A stretch of 64,000 nt of DNA, taken from the NCBI GenBank assembly GCA_964016885.1, contig OZ024740.1, forward strand, positions 27,590,001-27,654,000. The letters run 5' to 3'. Position 1 is the stretch's first letter, and each line of letters begins with the position of its first letter. Below the pieces are notes generated by a model, which worked only from the letters and a program-made list of their open reading frames with translations, was not told where the DNA came from and searched no databases. A program made the translations under genes and the position numbers. Origin of the DNA: Eledone cirrhosa. Lineage: Eukaryota. Of the stretch, positions 13,575-26,600 are shown in pieces.

Positions 13575-15780
13575 TAGTAAGAGCAATACCTTGTGTCTAT
13601 TGTAATCAATATTACAGTTGGTAACATATTAGTAAGAGCAATACTTTGTGTCTATTGTAATCAATATTACAGTTGGTAACATATTAGTAAGAGCAATACC
13701 TTGTGTCTATTGTAATCAATATCACAGTTGGTAACATATTAGTAAGAGCAATACCTTGTGTCTATTGTAATCAATATCACAGTTGGTAACATATTAGTAA
13801 GAGCAATACCTTGTGTCTATTGTAATCAATATTACAGTTGGTAACATATTAGTAAAAGCAATACCTTGTGTCTAATGTAATCAATATTACAGTTGGTAAC
13901 ATATTAGTAAGAGCAATACCTTGTGTCTATTGTAATCAGTATTACAGTTGGTAACATATTAGTAAGAACAATACCTCGTGTCTATTGTAATCAATATTAC
14001 AGTTGGTAACATATTAGTAAGAACAATACCTTGTGTCTATTGTAATCAATATTTCTGTTGGTAACATATCAGTAAGAGCAATACCTTGTGTCTATTGTAA
14101 TCAATATTAGAGTTGGTAACATATTAGTAAGAGCAATACCTTGTGTCTATTGTAATCAATATTACAGTTGGTAACATATTAGTAAGAGCAATACCTCGTG
14201 TCTAATGTAATCAATATCACAGTTGGTAACATATTAGTAAGAGCAATACCTCCTTGTGTCTATGGTAATCAATATTAAGGTTGGTAACATATTAGTAAGA
14301 GCAATACCTTGTGTCTATTGTAATCAATATTACAGTTGGTAAAATATTAGTAAGATCAATACCTTGTGTCTGTTGTAATCAATATTACAGTTGGTAACAT
14401 ATTAGTAAGAGCAATACCTTGTGTCTATTGTAATCAATATTACAGTTGGTAACATATTAGTAAGAGCAATGCCTTGTGTCTATTGTAATCAGATATTACA
14501 GTTGGTAACATATTAGTAAGAGCAATACCTTGTGTTTATTGTAATCAATATTATAGTTGGTAACATATTAGTAAGAGCAATACCTTGTGTCTATTGTAAT
14601 CAATATTACAGTTGGTAACATATTAGTAAGAGCAATACCTTGTGTCTATTGTAATCAATATTACAGTTGGTAACATATTAGTAAGAGCAATACCTTGTGT
14701 CTATTGTAATCAATATTACAGTTGGTAACATATTAGTAAGAGCAATACTTTGTGTCTATTGTAATCAATATTACAGTTGGTAACATATTAGTAAGAGCAA
14801 TACCTTGTGTCTATTGTAATCAATATCACAGTTGGTAACATATTAGTAAGAGCAATACCTTGTGTCTATTGTAATCAATATCACAGTTGGTAACATATTA
14901 GTAAGAGCAATACCTTGTGTCTATTGTAATCAATATTACAGTTGGTAACATATTAGTAAAAGCAATACCTTGTGTCTAATGTAATCAATATTACAGTTGG
15001 TAACATATTAGTAAGAGCAATACCTTGTGTCTATTGTAATCAGTATTACAGTTGGTAACATATTAGTAAGAACAATACCTCGTGTCTATTGTAATCAATA
15101 TTACAGTTGGTAACATATTAGTAAGAACAATACCTTGTGTCTATTGTAATCAATATTTCTGTTGGTAACATATCAGTAAGAGCAATACCTTGTGTCTATT
15201 GTAATCAATATTAGAGTTGGTAACATATTAGTAAGAGCAATACCTTGTGTCTATTGTAATCAATATTACAGTTGGTAACATATTAGTAAGAGCAATACCT
15301 CGTGTCTAATGTAATCAATATCACAGTTGGTAACATATTAGTAAGAGCAATATCTCCTTGTGTCTATAGTAATCAATATTAAGGTTGGTAACATATTAGT
15401 AAGAGCAATACCTTATGTCTATTGTAATCAATATTACAGTTGGTAAAATATTAGTAAGATCAATACCTTGTGTCTGTTGTAATCAATATTACAGTTGGTA
15501 ACATATTAGTAAGAGCAATACCTTGTGTCTATTGTAATCAATATTACAGTTGGTAACATATTAGTAAGAGCAATGCCTTGTGTCTATTGTAATCAGATAT
15601 TACAGTTGGTAACATATTAGTAAGAGCAATACCTTGTGTTTATTGTAATCAATATTACAGTTGGTAACATATTAGTAAGAGCAATACCTTGTGTCTATTG
15701 TAATCAATATTACAGTTGGTAACATATTAGTAAGAGCAATACCTTGTTTCTATTGTAATCAATATTACAGTTGGTAACAT
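13575..15780. repeat. 1104-bp (20-monomer) tandem duplication, repeated again at ~19250-21455
   Basis: TTTCTGTTGGTAACATATCAG at 14055 and 15159; ATACTTTG at 13645 and 14749. 1104 = 20x55+3+1. Confidence 0.88.
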
Positions 15781-16004
15781 ATTAGTAAGAGCAATACCTC
15801 CATGTGTCTATGATAATCAATATTAAGGTTGGTAACATATTAGTAAGAGCAATACCTTGTGTCTATTGTAATCAATATTACAGTTGGTAACATATTAGTA
15901 AGAGCAATACCTTGTGTCTATTGTAATCAATATTACAGTTGGTAACATATTAGTAAGAGCAATGCCTTGTGTCTATTGTAATCAATATTACAGTTGGTAA
16001 CATA

Positions 16005-16041
16005 TTAGTAAGAGACATACCTTGTGTCTATTGGTAACATA
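16005..16041. repeat. Truncated 37-bp monomer (18-bp deletion)
   Basis: GTCTATTGGTAAC junction in place of GTCTATTGTAATCAATATTACAGTTGGTAAC. Confidence 0.95.
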
Positions 16042-19000
16042 TTAGTAAGAGCAATACCTTGTGTCTATTGTAATCAATATTACTGGTGGTAGCATATTAG
16101 TAAAAGCAATACCTTGTGTCTATTGTAATCAATATCACAGTTGGTAACATATTAGTAAGAGCAATACCTTGTGTCTATTGTAATCAATATTACAGGTGGT
16201 AACATATTAGTAAGAGCAATACCTTGTGTCTATTGTAATCAATATCACAGTTGGTAACATATAAGTAAGAGCAATACCTTGTGTCTATTGTAATCAATAT
16301 TACAGGTGGTAGCATATTAGTATAAGCAATACCTTGTGTCTATTGTAATCAATATCACAGTTGGTAACATATTAGTAAGAGCAATACCTTGTGTCTATTG
16401 TAATCAATATTACAGGTGGTAGCATATTAGTAAAAGCAATACCTTGTGTCTATTGTAATCAATATTACAGTTGGTAACATATTAGTAAGAGCAATACCTC
16501 GTGTCTAATGTAATCAATATCACAGTTGGTAACATATTAGTAAGAGCAATACCTCCATGTGTCTATGATAATCAATATTAAGGTTGGTAACATATTAGTA
16601 AGAGCAATACCTTGTGTCTATTGTAATCAATATTACAGTTGGTAACATATTAGTAAGAGCAATACCTTGTGTCTATTGTAATCAATATTACAGTTGGTAA
16701 CATATTAGTAAGAGCAATGCCTTGTGTCTATTGTAATCAATATTACAGTTGGTAACATATTAGTAAGAGAAATACCTTGTGTCTATTGTAATCAATATTA
16801 CAGTTGGTAACATATTAGTAAGAGCAATACCTTGTGTCTATTGTAATCAATATTACAGTTGGTAACATATTAGTAAGAGCAATACCTTGTGTCTATTGTA
16901 ATCAATATTACAGTTGGTAACATATTAGTAAGAGCAATACCTTGTGTCTATTGTAATCAATATTACAGTTGGTAACATATTAGTAAGAGCAATACCTTGT
17001 GTCTATTGTAATCAATATTACAGTTGGTAACATATTAGTAAGAGCAATATCTTGTGTCTATTGTAATCAGATATTACAGTTGGTAACATATTAGTAAGAG
17101 CAATACCTTGTGTCTATTGTAATCAATATTACAGTTGGTAACATATTAGTAAGAGCAATACCTCGTGTCTAATGTAATCAATATCACAGTTGGTAACATA
17201 TTAGTAAGAGCAATACCTCCTTGTGTCTATGGTAATCAATATTAAGGTTGGTAACATATTAGTAAGAGCAATACCTTGTGTCTATTGTAATCAATATTAC
17301 AGTTGGTAAAATATTAGTAAGATCAATACCTTGTGTCTGTTGTAATCAATATTACAGTTGGTAACATATTAGTAAGAGCAATACCTTGTGTCTATTGTAA
17401 TCAATATTACAGTTGGTAACATATTAGTAAGAGCAATACCTTGTGTCTATTGTAATCAATATTACAGTTGGTAACATATTAGTAAGAGCAATACCTTGTG
17501 TCTATTGTAATCAATATTACAGTTGGTAACATATTAGTAAGAGTAATACCGTGTGTCTATTGTAATCAATATTACAGTTGGTAACATATTAGTAAGAGCA
17601 ATACCTTGTGTTTATTGTAATAATCAATATTACAAGTGGTAACATATTAGTAAGAGCAATACCTTGTGTCTATTGTAATCAATATTACAGTTGGTAACAT
17701 ATTAGTAAGAGTAATACCGTGTGTCTATTGTAATCAATATTACAGTTGGTAACATATTATTAAGAGCATTACCTTGTGTCTATTGTAATCAATATTACAG
17801 TTGGTAAGATATTAGTAAGAGTAATACCTTGTGTCTATTGTAATCAATATTACAGTTGGTAACATATTAGTAAGAGTAATACCTTGTGTCTATTGTAATC
17901 AATATCACAGTTGGTAACATATTAGTAAGAGCAATACCTTGTGTCTATTGTAATCAATATTACAGTTGGTAACATATTAGTAACAGCAATACCTTGTATC
18001 TATTGTAATCAATATCACAGTTGGTAACATATTAGTAAGAGCAATACCTTGTGTCTATTGTAATCAATATCACAGTTGGTAACATATTAGTAAGAGCAAT
18101 ACCTTGTGTCTATTGTAATCAATATTAAGTGTGGTAACATATTAGTAAGAGTAATACCTTGTGTCTATTGTAATCAATATTACAGGTGGTAGCATATTAG
18201 TAAGAGCAATACCTTGTGTCTATTGTAATCAATATTACAGTTGGTAACATATTAGTAAGAGCAATACCTTGTGTCTGTTGTAATCAATATCACAGTTGGT
18301 AACATATTAGTAAGAGCAATACCTTGTGTCTATTGTAATCAATATTACAGTTGGTAACATATTAGTAAGAGCAATACCTCGTGTCTATTGTAATCAATAT
18401 CACAGTTGGTAACATATTAGTAAGAGCATTACCTTGTGTCTATTGTAATCAATATCACAGTTGGTAACATATTAGTAAGAGCAATACCTCGTGTCTATTG
18501 TAATCAATATTACAGTTGGTAACATATTAGTAAGAACAATACCTCGTGTCTATTGTAATCAATATTACAGTTGGTAACATATTAGTAAGAGCAATACCTT
18601 GTGTCTATTGTAACCAATATCACAGTTGGTAACATATTAGTAAGAGCAATACATTGTGTCTATTGTAATCAATATTACAGTTGGTAACATATTAGTAAGA
18701 GCAATACCTCGTGTCTATTGTAATCAATATTACAGTTGGTAACATATTAGTAAGAGCAATACCTTGTGTCTATTGTAATAATCAATATTACAAGTGGTAA
18801 CATATTAGTAAGAGCAATACCTTGTGTCTATTGTAATCAGTATTACAGTTGGTAACATATTAGTAAGAGTAGTACCGTGTGTCTATTGTAATCAATATTA
18901 CAGTTGGTAACATATTAGTAAGAGCAATACCTTGTGTCTATTGTAATAATCAATATTACAAGTGCTAACATATTAGTAAGAGCAATACCTTGTGTCTATT

Positions 19001-21678
19001 GTAATCAATATCACAGTTGGTAACATATTAGTAAGAGCAATACCTTGTGTCTATTGTAATCAATATTACAGGTGGTAGCATATTAGTAAAAGCAATACCT
19101 TGTGTCTATTGTAATCAATATCACAGTTGGTAACATATTAGTAAGAGCAATACCTTGTGTCTGTTGTAATCAATATTACAGTTGGTAACATATTAGTAAG
19201 AGCAATACCTTGTGTCTATTGTAATCAATATTACAGTTGGTAACTTATTAGTAAGAGCAATACCTTGTGTCTATTGTAATCAATATTACAGTTGGTAACA
19301 TATTAGTAAGAGCAATACTTTGTGTCTATTGTAATCAATATTACAGTTGGTAACATATTAGTAAGAGCAATACCTTGTGTCTATTGTAATCAATATCACA
19401 GTTGGTAACATATTAGTAAGAGCAATACCTTGTGTCTATTGTAATCAATATCACAGTTGGTAACATATTAGTAAGAGCAATACCTTGTGTCTATTGTAAT
19501 CAATATTACAGTTGGTAACATATTAGTAAAAGCAATACCTTGTGTCTAATGTAATCAATATTACAGTTGGTAACATATTAGTAAGAGCAATACCTTGTGT
19601 CTATTGTAATCAGTATTACAGTTGGTAACATATTAGTAAGAACAATACCTCGTGTCTATTGTAATCAATATTACAGTTGGTAACATATTAGTAAGAACAA
19701 TACCTTGTGTCTATTGTAATCAATATTTCTGTTGGTAACATATCAGTAAGAGCAATACCTTGTGTCTATTGTAATCAATATTAGAGTTGGTAACATATTA
19801 GTAAGAGCAATACCTTGTGTCTATTGTAATCAATATTACAGTTGGTAACATATTAGTAAGAGCAATACCTCGTGTCTAATGTAATCAATATCACAGTTGG
19901 TAACATATTAGTAAGAGCAATACCTCCTTGTGTCTATGGTAATCAATATTAAGGTTGGTAACATATTAGTAAGAGCAATACCTTGTGTCTATTGTAATCA
20001 ATATTACAGTTGGTAAAATATTAGTAAGATCAATACCTTGTGTCTGTTGTAATCAATATTACAGTTGGTAACATATTAGTAAGAGCAATACCTTGTGTCT
20101 ATTGTAATCAATATTACAGTTGGTAACATATTAGTAAGAGCAATGCCTTGTGTCTATTGGATTCAGATATTACAGTTGGTAACATATTAGTAAGAGCAAT
20201 ACCTTGTGTTTATTGTAATCAATATTACAGTTGGTAACATATTAGTAAGAGCAATACCTTGTGTCTATTGTAATCAATATTACAGTTGGTAACATATTAG
20301 TAAGAGCAATACCTTGTGTCTATTGTAATCAATATTACAGTTGGTAACATATTAGTAAGAGCAATACCTTGTGTCTATTGTAATCAATATTACAGTTGGT
20401 AACATATTAGTAAGAGCAATACTTTGTGTCTATTGTAATCAATATTACAGTTGGTAACATATTAGTAAGAGCAATACCTTGTGTCTATTGTAATCAATAT
20501 CACAGTTGGTAACATATTAGTAAGAGCAATACCTTGTGTCTATTGTAATCAATATCACAGTTGGTAACATATTAGTAAGAGCAATACCTTGTGTCTATTG
20601 TAATCAATATTACAGTTGGTAACATATTAGTAAAAGCAATACCTTGTGTCTAATGTAATCAATATTACAGTTGGTAACATATTAGTAAGAGCAATACCTT
20701 GTGTCTATTGTAATCAGTATTACAGTTGGTAACATATTAGTAAGAACAATACCTCGTGTCTATTGTAATCAATATTACAGTTGGTAACATATTAGTAAGA
20801 ACAATACCTTGTGTCTATTGTAATCAATATTTCTGTTGGTAACATATCAGTAAGAGCAATACCTTGTGTCTATTGTAATCAATATTAGAGTTGGTAACAT
20901 ATTAGTAAGAGCAATACCTTGTGTCTATTGTAATCAATATTACAGTTGGTAACATATTAGTAAGAGCAATACCTCGTGTCTAATGTAATCAATATCACAG
21001 TTGGTAACATATTAGTAAGAGCAATACCTCCTTGTGTCTATAGTAATCAATATTAAGGTTGGTAACATATTAGTAAGAGCAATACCTTATGTCTATTGTA
21101 ATCAATATTACAGTTGGTAAAATATTAGTAAGATCAATACCTTGTGTCTGTTGTAATCAATATTACAGTTGGTAACATATTAGTAAGAGCAATACCTTGT
21201 GTCTATTGTAATCAATATTACAGTTGGTAACATATTAGTAAGAGCAATGCCTTGTGTCTATTGTAATCAGATATTACAGTTGGTAACATATTAGTAAGAG
21301 CAATACCTTGTGTTTATTGTAATCAATATTACAGTTGGTAACATATTAGTAAGAGCAATACATTGTGTCTATTGTAATCAATATTACAGTTGGTAACATA
21401 TTAGTAAGAGCAATACCTTGTGTCTATTGTAATCAATATTACAGTTGGTAACATATTAGTAAGAGCAATACCTCCATGTGTCTATGATAATCAATATTAA
21501 GGTTGGTAACATATTAGTAAGAGCAATACCTTGTGTCTATTGTAATCAATATTACAGTTGGTAACATATTAGTAAGAGCAATACCTTGTGTCTATTGTAA
21601 TCAATATTACAGTTGGTAACATATTAGTAAGAGCAATGCCTTGTGTCTATTGTAATCAATATTACAGTTGGTAACATA

Positions 21679-21715
21679 TTAGTAAGAGAAATACCTTGTG
21701 TCTATTGGTAACATA
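21679..21715. repeat. Truncated 37-bp monomer, copy 2
   Basis: Same TCTATTGGTAAC junction. Confidence 0.95.
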
Positions 21716-23431
21716 TTAGTAAGAGCAATACCTTGTGTCTATTGTAATCAATATTACTGGTGGTAGCATATTAGTAAAAGCAATACCTTGTGTCTATTGT
21801 AATCAATATCACAGTTGGTAACATATTAGTAAGAGCAATACCTTGTGTCTATTGTAATCAATATTACAGGTGGTAACATATTAGTAAGAGCAATACCTTG
21901 TGTCTATTGTAATCAATATCACAGTTGGTAACATATAAGTAAGAGCAATACCTTGTGTCTATTGTAATCAATATTACAGGTGGTAGCATATTAGTATAAG
22001 CAATACCTTGTGTCTATTGTAATCAATATTACAGTTGGTAACATATTAGTAAGAGCAATATCTTGTGTCTATTGTAATCAGATATTACAGTTGGTAACAT
22101 ATTAGTAAGAGCAATACCTTGTGTCTAATGTAATCAATATCACAGTTGGTAACATATTAGTAAGAGCAATACCTCCTTGTGTCTATGGTAATCAATATTA
22201 AGGTTGGTAACATATTAGTAAGAGCAATACCTTGTGTCTATTGTAATCAATATTACAGTTGGTAACATATTAGTAAGAGCAATACCTTGTGTCTATTGTA
22301 ATCAATATCACAGTTGGTAACATATTAGTAAGAGCAATACCTTGTGTCTATTGTAATCAATATCACAGTTGGTAACATATTAGTAAGAGCAATACCTTGT
22401 GTCTATTGTAATCAATATTACAGTTGGTAACATATTAGTAAGAGCAATACCTTGTGTCTATTGTAATCAGTATTACAGTTGGTAACATATTAGTAAGAAC
22501 AATACCTCGTGTCTATTGTAATCAATATTACAGTTGGTAACATATTAGTAAGAACAATACCTTGTGTCTATTGTAATCAATATTTCTGTTGGTAACATAT
22601 CAGTAAGAGCAATACCTTGTGTCTATTGTAATCAATATTAGAGTTGGTAACATATTAGTAAGAGCAATAACTTGTGTCTATTGTAATCAATATTACAGTT
22701 GGTAACATATTAGTAAGAGCAATACCTCGTGTCTAATGTAATCAATATCACAGTTGGTAACATATTAGTAAGAGCAATACCTCCTTGTGTCTATAGTAAT
22801 CAATATTAAGGTTGGTAACATATTAGTAAGAGCAATACCTTATGTCTATTGTAATCAATATTACAGTTGGTAAAATATTAGTAAGATCAATACCTTGTGT
22901 CTGTTGTAATCAATATTACAGTTGGTAACATATTAGTAAGAGCAATACCTTGTGTCTATTGTAATCAATATTACAGTTGGTAACATATTAGTAAGAGCAA
23001 TGCCTTGTGTCTATTGTAATCAGATATTACAGTTGGTAACATATTAGTAAGAGCAATACCTTGTGTTTATTGTAATCAATATTACAGTTGGTAACATATT
23101 AGTAAGAGCAATACCTTGTGTCTATTGTAATCAATATTACAGTTGGTAACATATTAGTAAGAGCAATACCTTGTGTCTATTGTAATCAATATTACAGTTG
23201 GTAACATATTAGTAAGAGCAATACCTCCATGTGTCTATGATAATCAATATTAAGGTTGGTAACATATTAGTAAGAGCAATACCTTGTGTCTATTGTAATC
23301 AATATTACAGTTGGTAACATATTAGTAAGAGCAATACCTTGTGTCTATTGTAATCAATATTACAGTTGGTAACATATTAGTAAGAGCAATGCCTTGTGTC
23401 TATTGTAATCAATATTACAGTTGGTAACATA

Positions 23432-23468
23432 TTATTAAGAGAAATACCTTGTGTCTATTGGTAACATA
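23432..23468. repeat. Truncated 37-bp monomer, copy 3
   Basis: Same TCTATTGGTAAC junction. Confidence 0.95.
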
Positions 23469-23699
23469 TTAGTAAGAGCAATACCTTGTGTCTATTGTAA
23501 TCAATATTACTGGTGGTAGCATATTAGTAAAAGCAATACCTTGTGTCTATTGTAATCAATATCACAGCTGGTAACATATTAGTAAGAGCAATACCTTGTG
23601 TCTATTGTAATCAATATTACAGGTGGTAACATATTAGTAAGAGCAATACCTTGTGTCTATTGTAATCAATATCACAGTTGGTAACATATAAGTAAGAGC

Positions 23700-26600
23700 A
23701 ATACCTTGTGTCTATTGTAATCAATATTACAGTTGGTAACATATTAGTAAGAGAAATACCTTGTGTCTATTGTAATCAATATTACAGTTGGTAACATATT
23801 AGTAAGAGCAATACCTTGTGTCTATTGTAATCAATATTACAGTTGGTAACATATTAGTAAGAGCAATACCTTGTGTCTATTGTAATCAATATTACAGTTG
23901 GTAACATGTTAGTAAGAGCAATACCTTGTGTCTATTGTAATCAATATTACAGTTGGTAACATATTAGTAAGAGCAATACCTTGTTTCTATTGTAATCAAT
24001 ATTACAGTTGTTAACATATTAGTAAGAGTAATACCTTGTGTCTATTGTAATCAATATTACAGTTGGTAACATATTTGTAAGAGCAATACCTTGTGTCTAT
24101 TGTAATAATCAATATTACAAGTGGTAACATATTAGTAAGAGCAATACCTTGTGTCTATTGTAATCAATATTACAGTTGGTAACATATTAGTAAGAGTAAT
24201 ACCGTGTGTCTATTGTAGTCAATATTACAGTTGGTAACATATTAGTAAGAGCATTACCTTGTGTCTATTGTAATCAATATTACAGTTGGTAACATATTAG
24301 TAAGAGTAATATCTTGTGTCTATTGTAATCAATATTACAGTTGGTAACATATTAGTAAGAGTAATACCTTGTGTCTATTGTAATCAATATCACAGTTGGT
24401 AACATATTAATAAGAGCAATACCTTGTGTCTATTGTAATCAATATTACAGTTGGTAACATATTAGTAAAAGCAATACCTTGTGTCTATTGTAATCAATAT
24501 CACACTTGGTAACATATTAGTAAGAGCAATACCTTGTGTCTATTGTAATCAATATCACAGTTGGTAACATATTAGTAAGAGCAATACCTTGTGTCTATTG
24601 TAATCAATATTAAGGGTGGTAACATATTAGTAAGAGCAATACCTTGTGTCTATTGTAATCAATATTAAGGGTGGTAACATATTAGTAAGAGTAATACCTT
24701 GTGTCTATTGTAATCAATATTACAGTTGGTAGCATATTAGTAAAAGCAATACCTTGTGTCTATTGTAATCAATATCACAGTTGGTAACATATTAGTAAAA
24801 GCAATACCTTGTGTCTATTGTAATCAATATCACAGTTGGTAACATATTAGTAAGAGCAAAACCTTGTGTCTATTGTAATCTATATTACAGGTGGTAGCAT
24901 ATTAGTAAAAGCATTACGTTGTGTCTATTGTAATCAATATTACAGTTGGTAACATGTTAGTAAGAGTAATACCTTGTGTCTATTGTAATCAATATTACAG
25001 TTGGTAACATATTAGTAAGAGTAATACCTTGTGTCTATTGTAATCAATATCACAGTTGGTAACATATTAGTAAGAGCAATACCTTGTGTCTATTGTAATC
25101 AATATTACAGTTGGTAACATATTAGTAAAAGCAATACCTTGTGTCTATTGTAATCAATATCACACTTGGTAACATATTAGTAAGAGCAATACCTTGTGTC
25201 TATTGTAATCAATATCACAGTTGGTAACATATTAGTAAGAGCAATACCTTGTGTCTATTGTAATCAATATTAAGGGTGGTAACATATTAGTAAGAGTAAT
25301 ACCTTGTGTCTATTGTAATCAATATTACAGTTGGTAGCATATTAGTAAAAGCAATACCTTGTGTCTATTGTAATCAATATCACAGTTGGTAACATATTAG
25401 TAAGAGCAATACCTTGTGTCTATTGTAATCAATATTACAGGTGGTGGCATATTAGTAAAAGCAATACCTTGTGTCTATTGTAATCAATATTACAGTTGGT
25501 AACATATTAGTAAGAACAATACCTCCTTGTGTCTATGGTAATCAATATTAAGGTTGGTAACATATTAGTAAGAGCAATACCTTGTGTCTATTGTAATCAA
25601 TATTACAGTTGGTAACACATTAGTAAGAGCAATACCTCGTGTCTATTGTAATCAATATCACAGTTGGTAAAATATTAGTAAGATCAATACCTTGTGTCTG
25701 TTGTAATCAATATTACAGTTGGTAACATATTAGTAAGAGCAATACCTTGTGTCTATTGTAATCAATATTACAGTTGGTAACATATTAGTAAGAGCAATGC
25801 CTTGTGTCTATTGTAATCAGATATTACAGTTGGTAACATATTAGTAAGAGCAATGCCTTGTGTCTATTGTAATCAGATATTACAGTTGGTAACATATAAG
25901 TAAGAGCAATACCTTGTGTCTATTGTAATCAATATTACAGGTGGTAGCATATTAGTAAAAGCAATACCTTGTGTCTATTGTAATCAATATCACAGTTGGT
26001 AACATATTAGTAAGAGCAATACCTTGTGTCTATTGTAATCAATATTACAGGTGGTAGCATATTAGTAAAAGCAATACCTTGTGTCTATTGTAATCAATAT
26101 CACAGTTGGTAACATATTAGTAAGAGCAATACCTTGTGTCTATTGTAATCAATATTACAGGTGGTAGCATATTAGTAAAAGCAATACCTTGTGTCTATTG
26201 TAATCAATATTACAGTTGGTAACATATTAGTAAGAGCAATACCTCGTGTCTAATGTAATCAATATCACAGTTGGTAACATATTAGTAAGAGCAATACCTC
26301 CTTGTGTCTATGATAATCAATATTAAGGTTGGTAACATATTAGTAAGAGCAATACCTTGTGTCTATTGTAATCAATATTACAGTTGGTAACATATTAGTA
26401 AGAGCAATACCTTGTGTCTATTGTAATCAATATTACAGTTGGTAACATATTAGTAAGAGCAATGCCTTGTGTCTATTGTAATCAATATTAAAGTTGGTAA
26501 CATATTAGTAAGAGAAATACCTTGTGTCTATTGTAATCAATATTACAGTTGGTAACATATTAATAAGAGCAATACCTTGTGTCTATTGTAATCAATATTA

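Larger units (their letters stand above)
11850..22030. repeat. ~4.5-kb block duplicated at offset 5674 bp (~11850-16350 and ~17520-22030)
   Basis: Shared rare markers at a constant offset: TAACAGC..TGTATCT (12310/17984), TTTCTGTT (14055/19729 and 15159/20833), the 37-bp monomer (16005/21679) and TATAAGC (16321/21995). Confidence 0.9.
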
